Assembly (NCBI GenBank): GCA_019058365.1
Contig: JAHPZE010000030.1
Location: 1-52,838, forward strand
DNA length: 52,838 nucleotides
Source: Promethearchaeota archaeon
Lineage (GTDB): Archaea; Asgardarchaeota; Lokiarchaeia; Sigyniarchaeales; SOKP01
Direction: 5' to 3'
Position 1 is the stretch's first letter. Every line of letters starts with the position of its first letter. A program made the position numbers and the translations under genes. The notes below the pieces were generated by a model. The model worked only from the letters and a program-made list of their open reading frames with translations, did no database searches and was not told where the DNA came from. Below are positions 27,434 through 37,480 of this stretch, piece after piece.

Positions 27434-27820
27434 ATGCTAAAAAAAATTTTTAAGAAGAGAATTAATGAAATATATGAAAATTATAAAGATAAAGATATAT
27501 TAATAGCTGATGACATGTCTAATTTTTTTGGGTTAGAATCCTCGGGAGTATGGAAAGTTCGTGGAAATGGTGTATTATTGCTTACAGAAGAAGAATTATT
27601 TTTTGGAATGTGGAAACCTAAAAAAGATCTATTGATCCCTGTGAAATTTATTATTGAGATCACAAATCCTAAATCACATATGCACAGGTCAGTATTTAGA
27701 CCTCTTTTAAAAATAACATTTAGAAATGAAAATGGAGAAACAGATTCCGCTGCATGGTATGTACAAAAATTAGATGAGTGGAATAACTTTCTTAGACAGC
27801 TATTATCAAAAAATAGATAA
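27434..27820 (+). CDS. Small PH/GRAM-like domain protein
   Basis: RGNGVLLLTEEELFF...LLIPVKFI...LLKI...AAWYV plus terminal helix DEWNNFL. Confidence 0.55.
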   Translation: MLKKIFKKRINEIYENYKDKDILIADDMSNFFGLESSGVWKVRGNGVLLLTEEELFFGMWKPKKDLLIPVKFIIEITNPKSHMHRSVFRPLLKITFRNENGETDSAAWYVQKLDEWNNFLRQLLSKNR

Positions 27821-27823
27821 AAT

Positions 27824-29110
27824 TCATGTTTTTTTATTCTCAGTATATTTTTTTAAATTTCTTTTAGTTATCGTGCTTAATTCCATGAGTAATAATCCAT
27901 GATAATAAGATATGGAATCAAAATACCCTTCTCCTTGATCTGATTTACCTGCATGAACTAATGCCATTTGAGCGTTAAGAGCTGCTCTCATTAGAAGTTC
28001 AATACCTTTATAAATTAAATTTGGACTCCAAGTCCCTTTTTCAGGATTGGACCACCAAACGGGACATGAATAAATACCACGGTCATAAAAATATCGAGCC
28101 GTATTATAATAATTCTCAACCTCCCAATCTGTTGTTAGATCTAAATTATCTGCTAAGTTTATTAAATTATTAAGACTATTCATAAGTTTCCAGTAATATC
28201 TATGTATATTGTTATTAGGATGTTTCCATAATGGATAAGGGATTTCAGCTTGCATATCTTCATAAGTTGTACTCCAGCTCGATTCACGTGGTATGACTTT
28301 TTTATTACTTATTGGAAAATATTGATCCAATTCTGAAATTGAAATGATTTTAATTGTTTCTTCATTGTGAATGAGATCTAATACCTTCTTTAGAAACGTT
28401 TTTTCATAATTTTTTATATGATGTCCAAAAGTTTCTCCATCCATTGCTGTGACTATATATCTGTCGATCTCTTTTGTCGATTTTGTTTTTAGTCTATCTT
28501 TTAGTTGAAAAATTTCCTTAATTGCATTTACAAATTCTTTGGCAGACACATCCTTAAATGAGATTTTATTACTGAGAATGTCATCTCTGAAGAATAACTG
28601 AAGTCCATTTGGAGAGCAATAGATCTGATCATAAGGCCAGTCAACTGGACAAGCAATTCCACTTATTATAACCCATTTGTATCCTAACTGGCGAATGTAT
28701 TTAGCAACAGCTCCAGAAATAGCCATTTCTGGTGGAAAAAATCCTATTCTCTTCCATCGTCCAAATTCTCTTCTGTTTAAATCTTCATTCAACTGGATTT
28801 GATGTTTAGCTTCTTTTTTTGGAATTAACGGAAGAATTGGATGATATTTTGCTGTTCCTACAATTTCAATTTTGTTTTCAGAAACGAGATTTTTCAATTG
28901 ATCCATAGTATCTGATAGATCATACTTATAAAACAATTCAATAAGAACACCGTTGATATTCAAACAAATCTTTATATTTTCGTAATCCTCTAATAAGGAG
29001 AATAATGGTCTATAGCATTCTTTATCGATTTTTTTCAAAATATTAAGATCTTGAGTGGGAGGTTGGTAAATGTGAAGTAATGGTGCCCAATAAGTTGTCA
29101 AATCAATCAC
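27824..29110 (-). CDS. Glycoside hydrolase family 57
   Basis: HIYQPP, YHPILPL, FPPEMA (nucleophile E), MDGETFGHH, SSW. Confidence 0.88.
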   Translation of the reverse strand: MIDLTTYWAPLLHIYQPPTQDLNILKKIDKECYRPLFSLLEDYENIKICLNINGVLIELFYKYDLSDTMDQLKNLVSENKIEIVGTAKYHPILPLIPKKEAKHQIQLNEDLNRREFGRWKRIGFFPPEMAISGAVAKYIRQLGYKWVIISGIACPVDWPYDQIYCSPNGLQLFFRDDILSNKISFKDVSAKEFVNAIKEIFQLKDRLKTKSTKEIDRYIVTAMDGETFGHHIKNYEKTFLKKVLDLIHNEETIKIISISELDQYFPISNKKVIPRESSWSTTYEDMQAEIPYPLWKHPNNNIHRYYWKLMNSLNNLINLADNLDLTTDWEVENYYNTARYFYDRGIYSCPVWWSNPEKGTWSPNLIYKGIELLMRAALNAQMALVHAGKSDQGEGYFDSISYYHGLLLMELSTITKRNLKKYTENKKT

Positions 29111-29173
29111 ATCTGGTTATTTCTCATTTGAAATTAATTTTTAATATGAAATTCAGGCAAAATAATTAATTTT

Positions 29174-30289
29174 TTACTTTTCTATGATATTTTCTTTTAT
29201 TACTGTCCCAAAATGGGTAGCTCCCGGTCCTTTATGAACTAAAACATTATCTCCTATTTTTATATCAACCACAGATTTAGCTTTGCCACTTGTATCAATT
29301 AATCGAACAGTTTCTGCATTTTGGCATATACAACTAATGAGAATTTTTTTATCACCTTCAAAAACTTCCAATTCAAATCTCAACATGGGTCGCGTTTCAA
29401 TTTTAACTCTTCCAATTGATACAATTCTCGCTTCACCTTTACTTGTAACAGCTAACACTCGATCTCCCCCCTTCAATTCACTAAGATATTTTGTGCGATA
29501 AATTCTTTCAGGATTATTATCAGGTACTAATATATAGGACGATATATCCCCCGCATTAACTCTAAATGGTCTTGAAGAAACAAATTGCGTTTCATATGTC
29601 TCAGAATGAATCAAGCAGAAACCTGTGGCTGTTGATCCTACTAAAAATCCCTCTCCGATGTTGAGGAGGGAGGTTGAATCAACACAGACTCTCTCAGCCT
29701 CAGGAATATTTTGAATATTAGTAATTTTAGCTTTAGTCAAGTCAATATGAATTTCGGTTTGGAGCAGTTTCTTTAGCTCATTAATATCATCTACTTCCTC
29801 TGGTTTTATTAAAACTCCATCTACCCCTTTTTCTAGTATTTTTAACATCAATTCAGCTTCTTTAATTGAATCAGCCACAGCTATTAGTTCTGTATCATTT
29901 GAATGTAATTCAGCTATAAGGTTTTCAAAAGGAATTATTTTCCAATCCTTAGCAGAAACAATTATAAAGTCTAAACACTCGGTTTTCGACAATTCAATTA
30001 TTTCCCTTTCATCTTCCTTGCTAGTTAACTCAATAAAAAATCCAGAATTTTTATTACTTAAACTCTCATTAATTAAATTTTTTTCAAATTTTTTTTTATC
30101 ATCATAAATTAAATATTCAGAAGGGATATTAGGGTCTTTTGAATAAAGCATTACCCTTTCAATTTTTTCAAATTCTTTAAATGTCTCTTGAGAAACTAAG
30201 AAATTTAAAATATTTTTATTAAAAGCTTCTTGAACCAGTTCTTTGAAATTGTCACCTTTAGATTCGAAGTCTAATATTATTTTTTTCAT
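29174..30289 (-). CDS. 3-dehydroquinate synthase type II (archaeal AroB')
   Basis: DWKIIPFENLIA, RVCVDS, RPFRVNAG, YLSELKGG, KIETRP, QNAETVRL, THFG. Confidence 0.92.
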   Translation of the reverse strand: MKKIILDFESKGDNFKELVQEAFNKNILNFLVSQETFKEFEKIERVMLYSKDPNIPSEYLIYDDKKKFEKNLINESLSNKNSGFFIELTSKEDEREIIELSKTECLDFIIVSAKDWKIIPFENLIAELHSNDTELIAVADSIKEAELMLKILEKGVDGVLIKPEEVDDINELKKLLQTEIHIDLTKAKITNIQNIPEAERVCVDSTSLLNIGEGFLVGSTATGFCLIHSETYETQFVSSRPFRVNAGDISSYILVPDNNPERIYRTKYLSELKGGDRVLAVTSKGEARIVSIGRVKIETRPMLRFELEVFEGDKKILISCICQNAETVRLIDTSGKAKSVVDIKIGDNVLVHKGPGATHFGTVIKENIIEK

Positions 30290-30433
30290 AGTGCTTAAAA
30301 ATTGGTCTAGGCTAAACTTTTTTGATGAGAATTATTTTATTATATTATAGCAAATAATATTAAATTTTTAAGTTAGAAAAATCATATAATTCATAAATCA
30401 GAAAATAAATAAAACTATGGAGTTGAGCCAATC

Positions 30434-31084
30434 ATCGGGTTAAAGAAAAAGTTATTTCCTAGGAAGGGTAAGGAAAAAGATGATTTAGTCGCTAAGGCTA
30501 AAGGACATATTCATAGATTGAATATGATGAATAAGAATTACAATCAGCGAGCAGAAATAAGTAGAAAAAACGCTAAAATTGCTTTGAAGCGGGGAGAAAA
30601 AGATAGAGCAAAAAGTTATCTTGTACAATATAAAGCATATCAAGCTAAGGTTGATCGATCTAATAATATAAGGTTAAAGATTGAAAGGCAGATTCAAGCG
30701 ATAGAAGAAGGAATGCTCATCTCCCAAACTGGAGATGTGATGGGGGGAATTCGAGATGAACTTGAATATATTGCGACCAAAGCTTCACCCACTAAAGTAG
30801 CAGAAATAGCAGAGGATTCTGAAGCATACGTTTCTGAAATCGAGGAAGCAGCAGAAATTTTAGCCGGTGATCCAGAAATCGATCTTGCTATTGATGTTAC
30901 AGATGAATTAAATCAACTTGAGACTGAAATGCTTCTAGATCAAGGAGGAACAATGCCTGAAATTCCTTCAGATGATTTACAATATATACCTGAATTAGAT
31001 GAGTTAGAAGAGAAAGCTGAAATTAAATCAAAAGATCAATTGAAAGATGAGATTGATAAACTTCGTAAGGAACTACAGGGATAA
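30434..31084 (+). CDS. ESCRT-III subunit, Snf7 family (Vps20/32/60-like); start extended to an inferred ATC
   Basis: Basic N-terminal half and acidic C-terminal half; (M)GLKKKLF helix 0, AKIALKRGEKDRAK, DELNQLE, MPEIPS, terminal LKDEIDKLRKEL. Confidence 0.85.
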   Translation: MGLKKKLFPRKGKEKDDLVAKAKGHIHRLNMMNKNYNQRAEISRKNAKIALKRGEKDRAKSYLVQYKAYQAKVDRSNNIRLKIERQIQAIEEGMLISQTGDVMGGIRDELEYIATKASPTKVAEIAEDSEAYVSEIEEAAEILAGDPEIDLAIDVTDELNQLETEMLLDQGGTMPEIPSDDLQYIPELDELEEKAEIKSKDQLKDEIDKLRKELQG

Positions 31085-31149
31085 GTATTTATTGTAAAAA
31101 TTCTTTACTTTTTACCACTAATCTTTATCAATTTTAAATATAATAGTAC

Positions 31150-32169
31150 TTATTTTAATTCATTTAAGGCAATAACCATATTTTTCACTTTTTTAATTGC
31201 TATTTCATAGCCATCATTTTCTCCAAAAACCTTTAATGGATAGAAGCCACAATCTGGTTTAATAATTAAATTCTCTCTCCCATATTGTTCTATTCCTTTT
31301 TTAATATAATTTTTAAGAAATTCGACTTTTTCAACATATTCATCAATATTTTTATCAGGAATAGGGACAAATTTGGATTCAACAGTTCCTAGTGCTAAAA
31401 GCTTATCAGTTCCTTGGAAATGTTTTTTTTCAAACACTTTAAAGTTCTGTTCATTTGTACTAAATTCATGATCCAAAATCTTCACATTTGTTTTTAAAAG
31501 GATATCTCTTAAATAGGGACTAATCCTTCCACATACATGGATCGATGTTAACCCTTTTATTCCTGATATTGTTTTATTAATAGTATCAATAATAAAATCT
31601 TCTGAATGGAATAAAATTTTCCTTCCTACTAACAATCCTAATATTGGTTCATCACAAGAAACAATATCTATTCCCATATCACTATAGGCGGCTGCTATTT
31701 GCTTTATAATTTCAGCAAACTTATTCACAATCCAATCAACCATCACAGCTCGTGGTTCTTCGAAAATTGTTGGTTTTAAACCCTTAGCGATTTCATTTTT
31801 CAGTATTGTCTCAAATGTTAAAGTGAATGGCCCGGTTAAACAAGCTTTAGTGCCTTTAATTTTTGCCTTAAGGTCGGGATATTCGTTAAAAAAATTAACA
31901 ATAAATTTTCCGTATTCTAGGGCAATTGGTTTTTTTGGTACTTCAAATTCCTCATATAAATAAAATTTTTCATCAACTTCTTTTAATTGAGGAATTATTT
32001 CCGATAAAGGGGATAAGAATTGGTGTGTCATAGATAGGAGTTGAGGGTAGCATGGAAAATCGATACCTATTTGAATTAAATCCGTGAAAACTCTTAACAT
32101 ATTTTTATGATTATTACTTAAGGGCCAGCTTCCGACGACTGTAGTAAATAGTCCATCCTTTTTATCCAT
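31150..32169 (-). CDS. Cobalamin-independent methionine synthase catalytic-domain (core MetE-like) protein
   Basis: TTVVGSWP, LTGPFTL, DEP, IHVCG, PDCGF Zn ligands; start moved to MDKKDG. Confidence 0.8.
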   Translation of the reverse strand: MDKKDGLFTTVVGSWPLSNNHKNMLRVFTDLIQIGIDFPCYPQLLSMTHQFLSPLSEIIPQLKEVDEKFYLYEEFEVPKKPIALEYGKFIVNFFNEYPDLKAKIKGTKACLTGPFTLTFETILKNEIAKGLKPTIFEEPRAVMVDWIVNKFAEIIKQIAAAYSDMGIDIVSCDEPILGLLVGRKILFHSEDFIIDTINKTISGIKGLTSIHVCGRISPYLRDILLKTNVKILDHEFSTNEQNFKVFEKKHFQGTDKLLALGTVESKFVPIPDKNIDEYVEKVEFLKNYIKKGIEQYGRENLIIKPDCGFYPLKVFGENDGYEIAIKKVKNMVIALNELK

Positions 32170-32250
32170 GAAGATGTAGAATAGTGTTAAAAATATAAAT
32201 TTATGATAAATCAAATATGCAAATTTAGCATAAAAATAAAAAATAATATT

Positions 32251-34242
32251 TTATGTATAAAATCGTTTGTTATCAAAACTTCTGCTACTTCTTTTAAGTT
32301 CTTCAACTTCTTCAATATTTTCTTGCAGATTTTGTATTTTTTTTTCAATTAAATAAATTTCTTTTTGGAGGTTCTTAAAAGTCTTAAAATAATCAACCTC
32401 TGAAATAATTCCTTGATCAAATTTTGCATCTAATTTTTTCAGAGTTTCTTTCAAACTATATCTTTCTTTGTTAAGTTCAGTCATCTTTTCATGTTTTTCC
32501 TTATCTAGTTTGAATAGCTTCCGTTTATACCTATAAGATTTATTTGGTTGATTATACTCTGAATCAAACAACTCTGATAAATGATTTCTATTATAATCTT
32601 GGAACATACTATCTTTGTTTAGAAAATAATCATCTTCGTTATATTGGTTATTTATATTGCCACCTTGGTTCGGAATGTATGGATTTAAGTTGTTGAGTAG
32701 TTCATTATCAGAATTTAATCTTTGCGGATTATAATTTTGAACACGATTTTGTTCATAAACATTTTGTAAAAAAAATCGTTCCTTATCGTAGTTAGGGGGA
32801 CGATAGTTGGGCATAGATTGAGGTGCTTGAAATAAGGAGGGTTGGATATTTTGTGGATTTCCCTGAAAATTTACACTATCTGGATATGGTCTATAATGTT
32901 CTTTAAGCCAAGGTTGAGCGACGTTTTGTGGATACCTAAATTGAGGTGATGCTGGAGATGCAATATTATTTATTTGGTTGGGGTAAACATTAAAAGGGTT
33001 AGTTAAATCTTTATTATTAATGTGTATATGTTCATAACTTTTATTATATTGACATTTTATACTAAAAAATGAGTTAATGCTTTCTTCAATGAAGTTGATT
33101 AAGTCGTTTAAATCAATATTTATTTGCTGAAGTTTCTTTGCGGTTTTTTCATCATAAATTGTAGTTTCGTCAAAAGATCTCGCTAAAAGAACGTATTCAA
33201 TTACTCTAGAAATAGCTTTGGGAGGGAGCGTAAACTCATATTTTCCATAAGCAAATTCAATATAGAGCTTTTTGAAAACTCTACCTTTTTCTTTAATTCT
33301 TGTTAAATCTTCAACAGGAGCTTTTAGAATTAATTCTTGTTTTTTTTTGACTACTCCGTGCTCATGGATAAATGATAGATCATAATTAGTGATAAATAAA
33401 ATTCCTTTATCTTTCTTGTACTTTTCCTGAGTATTTAATCCATTAGCTAATTTTGCAAAAATAGCATAAACAGGTTTTTCTCCTTCTGCGAGTCTTATTA
33501 ATTTCTTGTATAAATTAAAATAATAACTAATCTTCGCGATAAACTGTAGATTCTTCTCAAAAGTTTTAAAACTATCATTGAATGTTTGGATATTTGTAGT
33601 TATAAATTCATCAATTGCATTATAACTTCGGAATAAATTTTCAAAAATTCCTTCTATTATTGTTATGTTTGAATTAGGTTGAGAGTAAATATCAAAAAAA
33701 TATTCCTTATTTTGATTTAATTGATGAAAATGAATATTAGTTTTTTCCAATAAAGTATTCTGGATATAAAGAAATAGTTTGAATAGAGCTAATAAATCAG
33801 ATTCCATTTTAGGAAAGTGATAACATTTATTTGGAGGATCTCTTACCTCTCTGATTTTTGATTGAAATAAATATAGTTTTTCAATAATTTCTTTTAAAGG
33901 ATTAATAAATGAGCGTGTATTTTTGATTAATTCTAAAAAATCCTTTTCTAATTCTTCTTTTTTTTCATAAATGTTAATTATTTGGTGAGAATCGCATTTT
34001 GGGCAAGCTTTTAAACGCTGATTAATTTTTACAATATTTTCTCCTCCACAGTCCTTACAGACTTTCTCATTTTCAGATTTTAAAATTTTTATATTTTTAG
34101 ATTTGCAATCTTGACAAATGAAAAAATCAACTTTTTTTTCATGGAGACAATCAGAACAAAAACTAGAGCCGCATTCTTCACAATAATAAGCTAATTTAAC
34201 GTGTACACTATGACAAAAACGACACACTTGTTCTGATGACAT
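32251..34242 (-). CDS. Multidomain protein: B-box-like and Zn-ribbon N-terminus, coiled coil, PH/GRAM-like domain, N/Q/P-rich linker, steadiness-box-like C-terminus
   Basis: Six CxxC pairs; GILFITNYDLSF...KLYIEF; Pro/Gln/Asn-rich stretch; SLKETLKKLDAKFDQGIISEVDYFKTFKNLQKEIYLIE. Confidence 0.6.
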   Translation of the reverse strand: MSSEQVCRFCHSVHVKLAYYCEECGSSFCSDCLHEKKVDFFICQDCKSKNIKILKSENEKVCKDCGGENIVKINQRLKACPKCDSHQIINIYEKKEELEKDFLELIKNTRSFINPLKEIIEKLYLFQSKIREVRDPPNKCYHFPKMESDLLALFKLFLYIQNTLLEKTNIHFHQLNQNKEYFFDIYSQPNSNITIIEGIFENLFRSYNAIDEFITTNIQTFNDSFKTFEKNLQFIAKISYYFNLYKKLIRLAEGEKPVYAIFAKLANGLNTQEKYKKDKGILFITNYDLSFIHEHGVVKKKQELILKAPVEDLTRIKEKGRVFKKLYIEFAYGKYEFTLPPKAISRVIEYVLLARSFDETTIYDEKTAKKLQQINIDLNDLINFIEESINSFFSIKCQYNKSYEHIHINNKDLTNPFNVYPNQINNIASPASPQFRYPQNVAQPWLKEHYRPYPDSVNFQGNPQNIQPSLFQAPQSMPNYRPPNYDKERFFLQNVYEQNRVQNYNPQRLNSDNELLNNLNPYIPNQGGNINNQYNEDDYFLNKDSMFQDYNRNHLSELFDSEYNQPNKSYRYKRKLFKLDKEKHEKMTELNKERYSLKETLKKLDAKFDQGIISEVDYFKTFKNLQKEIYLIEKKIQNLQENIEEVEELKRSSRSFDNKRFYT

Positions 34243-34404
34243 TAATACTTAAACCCAACCTAATAAAGTAAAAATTTCGTTTAAAATCGCTTTATCAGAA
34301 GAATAAGAAATTCTGAGATATAAAAAAAGATTATAATATGGGTGTATCATGTATTATTCCTTCAGATAAAACTGGGAAGAAAAACTAGAATAGATTGAAA
34401 AGGG

Positions 34405-34698
34405 TTATTTAATAATTTTTACTTTTTTTCCAAGTGCTTGACCCGGAACTCCTGCTTTCTTGAAATGAGCTCTTACAGCTCCATTATTACCATGAGATCG
34501 AGATATAACTCCCTTTAATTCTTTACCAGTAGGAGTAATCCAGACCACAGTTCTCCCTATAAGCTTATTAGCATCATTTCTTGTTTTTATATTTGGGAAA
34601 ACTAAGACACAGTGTTTCTGATGTATTGTATGACGCCCACGTTTATAATTTGAAATAACTCCTTCCATACCCAGGATGTCTAATTTATTTAATGTCAT
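34405..34698 (-). CDS. rpl35ae: 50S ribosomal protein L35Ae
   Basis: NYKRGRHT, LIGRTVVW, GVISRSHGNNGAVRAHF, PGQALG. Confidence 0.93.
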   Translation of the reverse strand: MTLNKLDILGMEGVISNYKRGRHTIHQKHCVLVFPNIKTRNDANKLIGRTVVWITPTGKELKGVISRSHGNNGAVRAHFKKAGVPGQALGKKVKIIK

Positions 34699-34853
34699 AG
34701 ATGACTACTAAAAAGCATTTTAATCTTAAAAAATTAATAGAAAAAATACTCCAAAACTATTAAGTTTTTTTAAATGTTATTCCATACTTAAATTTTAATT
34801 TCATTTCCATAAAAAAAAAGATTTTTGTTTTAACTCACTTTAAATATAACTCG

Positions 34854-36263
34854 ATGAGAGTTTCTTTCAGTAAAATTATAATTACACCTAAAGATTTTTT
34901 TGGTAGACCTATAGCGGGTTATGCCCGAAAAAATCCTTGTATGGGCAAATTAGATGATATATATGCATATGGAGTTTTGATTGAAGGAAAAAGTGAAGAA
35001 AGAGGGAAAAATAAACTTTTGCTCATCTCATTAGATTTATTGAAGAGCCCAATAGCACTCTGTAATTACATTAAGATAAAAATTAAAAAGAACCATCCAT
35101 CTCTTGAAACTGACCAAATTTTAATTCATTGTACTCATACTCATTCTGCACCCGATCTTACTGGTGAATATCATTGGCCAGGAGGGCTTTTAAACGTAGT
35201 GAAGGGGATAATGTTCGGTCGTAATCGTAGTGATGATTATATTGTATGGTTTGTAAATCAGATAGTCAAAATGGTTGAAGATTTAATTAGCAATTTAAAG
35301 CCATGTAAAATGGCATGGTTGAAAAAAAAATTTAATCCAGATATTGTTATAAATAGAAAACACCCAACTCGTCAATCAATTCCAGAATTAGGTGTAATTA
35401 GTTTCATTAATGCAGACGATAATGGCTTAATTGGATTTATTGTTAATTACTCATGCCACCCAACAACATTGTCTTTTCAAAACAACAAGCTATCGGCAGA
35501 TTATCCTGGCAAAATTATAGAAAAGGTTTCCCAACTTACCAATTGCAATGTTGGGGTTGTTTTTTTTAATGGTGCTGCAGGGGATATAAACCCTATTACA
35601 ACCTGTGGAACAAATTATCAAAAATTAGAACTTGATAAATCTTTGATTTATGATCAGTTGGGTACATACAATCACACAAAAAAAATAGGATTCGGGATTG
35701 CTGATGAAGCTTTAAATTTAACAAAATCGATAGCTAAAACAGATTATTATAATGATTTAGAATTTCAATTCTATTTAAATTCCTTCTGGATCCCTATGAA
35801 AGATTTTAAATATTTCTCGAAAACTTGGTTTAGGAATAAACTTATATATTCACTTAAAAAATATCTTCTACTGAAAGTTACAAAAATAACTTTAGAAAAA
35901 GCCAATTTTCCTTCTTTTACTATAAAACGAAAAAATTTTAAATTATGTGCAAAAACAGTAATACAATTTATCAAATTCAATTTCGAATATGAATCAAATT
36001 CAAAATCAATTGGTATTATGACCGTACCAGGGGAACTTTTCGAAGATTATGGTAATTTTTTGCTTAAAGAATCACCTACCGGAAGAGAAAATTCCTTTAT
36101 ATTTCAAAATTCTAATGATTGGATATCGTATTTATTTCCTGCTAAAGATTATATTGAAGAAGGTGGATATGAACCACTTGCTAGTTTTAGTCCCATATGT
36201 GGGTATTTTACAGAAAAAAAGATGTTAAAACTCTTTAAAGAAATTAAAAGTCAAAATAATTAG
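34854..36263 (+). CDS. Neutral/alkaline ceramidase-like amidohydrolase
   Basis: CTHTHSAP, NYSCHPT, SADYPG, NGAAGDINP, PGELF, GGYE. Confidence 0.8.
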   Translation: MRVSFSKIIITPKDFFGRPIAGYARKNPCMGKLDDIYAYGVLIEGKSEERGKNKLLLISLDLLKSPIALCNYIKIKIKKNHPSLETDQILIHCTHTHSAPDLTGEYHWPGGLLNVVKGIMFGRNRSDDYIVWFVNQIVKMVEDLISNLKPCKMAWLKKKFNPDIVINRKHPTRQSIPELGVISFINADDNGLIGFIVNYSCHPTTLSFQNNKLSADYPGKIIEKVSQLTNCNVGVVFFNGAAGDINPITTCGTNYQKLELDKSLIYDQLGTYNHTKKIGFGIADEALNLTKSIAKTDYYNDLEFQFYLNSFWIPMKDFKYFSKTWFRNKLIYSLKKYLLLKVTKITLEKANFPSFTIKRKNFKLCAKTVIQFIKFNFEYESNSKSIGIMTVPGELFEDYGNFLLKESPTGRENSFIFQNSNDWISYLFPAKDYIEEGGYEPLASFSPICGYFTEKKMLKLFKEIKSQNN

Positions 36264-36269
36264 AGAAAT

Positions 36270-37436
36270 TTAATTAATCATCTCATAGGATTTATTCCAT
36301 GCTTCTAAATTTAGCATTTTTATATTTTGTAGGAAATCTTCTTCAGAAGTTTTATCTTCTTGAATTATAAGTTCATCTACTTTTAAGATAATTGAATTTT
36401 CAATGTTTCTTAGTTCAAGTTTTCTATTTACAGGTTTAGATCTTGCATGTTTTACCCAAAACCAATCAGAATCAATGTTTGAATATGGTCCAGGATTGTA
36501 ATATTTTTGCCCTTCTATGGGAAAAGCATAAGGTTTATAGATACTAGTACATGGGAGAGTTGTTCCTGTAAACCAGTGAATTGATTTTTTATTATTCCTT
36601 AAATAAGAAACTTGAGAACCTGTTGACTCAAAACCTCCATGCATACAAATTCCTGCTTGATGTTCTCTCAGAAATTCCATCATTAATTTAGGAGTTATTT
36701 TTCCTATATACTCGTTCAATAATATTGAAGATTTTCCTCCTCTTGAATAGGGTGAAGGAATAGTAGAAATTGGAGATCCAGAAAAAGTTTCAGCAAAATC
36801 GAATTCTTCTTCAATTTTGCAATACTGTTTTTCAATAGCATAATCAATTATTCCCGTTTTTCTGAAATCTCCCTTACCTCTAATAGTAATACCATTTGAA
36901 ATTGATCGAACATCTTTAATCTTTTCTACAATCCACCATTTATCAGCAGTCTCTAAGACATAAGCTTCTTTGGGATCGGCAATTATAAATGAATTGTGGT
37001 ACATCCAACTCGGATCGTCAAATGCACAACCACCTCCTTGTCCAAATTTTTCTAATAAATCGATCATTATCTCCATTGCTTCTTTTGCAGTTTTACCTCT
37101 CTCAAGACCTAACCTTAATAAATCCATTCCTAATAGTCCAATATTTCTTAGAGGCTCATGTGTATATACTGCTTCATTTCCAATTACCACTCCATGCTCA
37201 TTAGTACCCATTTCTGCCCCCCATATCCAAAAGGGTTGGCTTAATAAAATTGCATAAGTTTCAGAAACTTGAGGTATTTCTATATAAGTACATTTTAAAG
37301 TATCACCCTTTTCAAATCTCATTTTGGGGCAATATGTTATTAATTGTACTTCATTAAATGGGCGATCTGAGTTCTTACCAAAAATTACACTTCCATCTTC
37401 AGTGGAATTTCCTAATGCTACTAGAGTGTCACACAT
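36270..37436 (-). CDS. Peptidase C69/secernin family Ntn hydrolase
   Basis: MCDTLVA (N-terminal Cys nucleophile), GKNSDR, WGAEMGTNEHGV, GMDLLRLGLER. Confidence 0.9.
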   Translation of the reverse strand: MCDTLVALGNSTEDGSVIFGKNSDRPFNEVQLITYCPKMRFEKGDTLKCTYIEIPQVSETYAILLSQPFWIWGAEMGTNEHGVVIGNEAVYTHEPLRNIGLLGMDLLRLGLERGKTAKEAMEIMIDLLEKFGQGGGCAFDDPSWMYHNSFIIADPKEAYVLETADKWWIVEKIKDVRSISNGITIRGKGDFRKTGIIDYAIEKQYCKIEEEFDFAETFSGSPISTIPSPYSRGGKSSILLNEYIGKITPKLMMEFLREHQAGICMHGGFESTGSQVSYLRNNKKSIHWFTGTTLPCTSIYKPYAFPIEGQKYYNPGPYSNIDSDWFWVKHARSKPVNRKLELRNIENSIILKVDELIIQEDKTSEEDFLQNIKMLNLEAWNKSYEMIN

Positions 37437-37480
37437 TATTCATCATTTTATTACAATTAATAGAATAAATAGGTGTAGAA

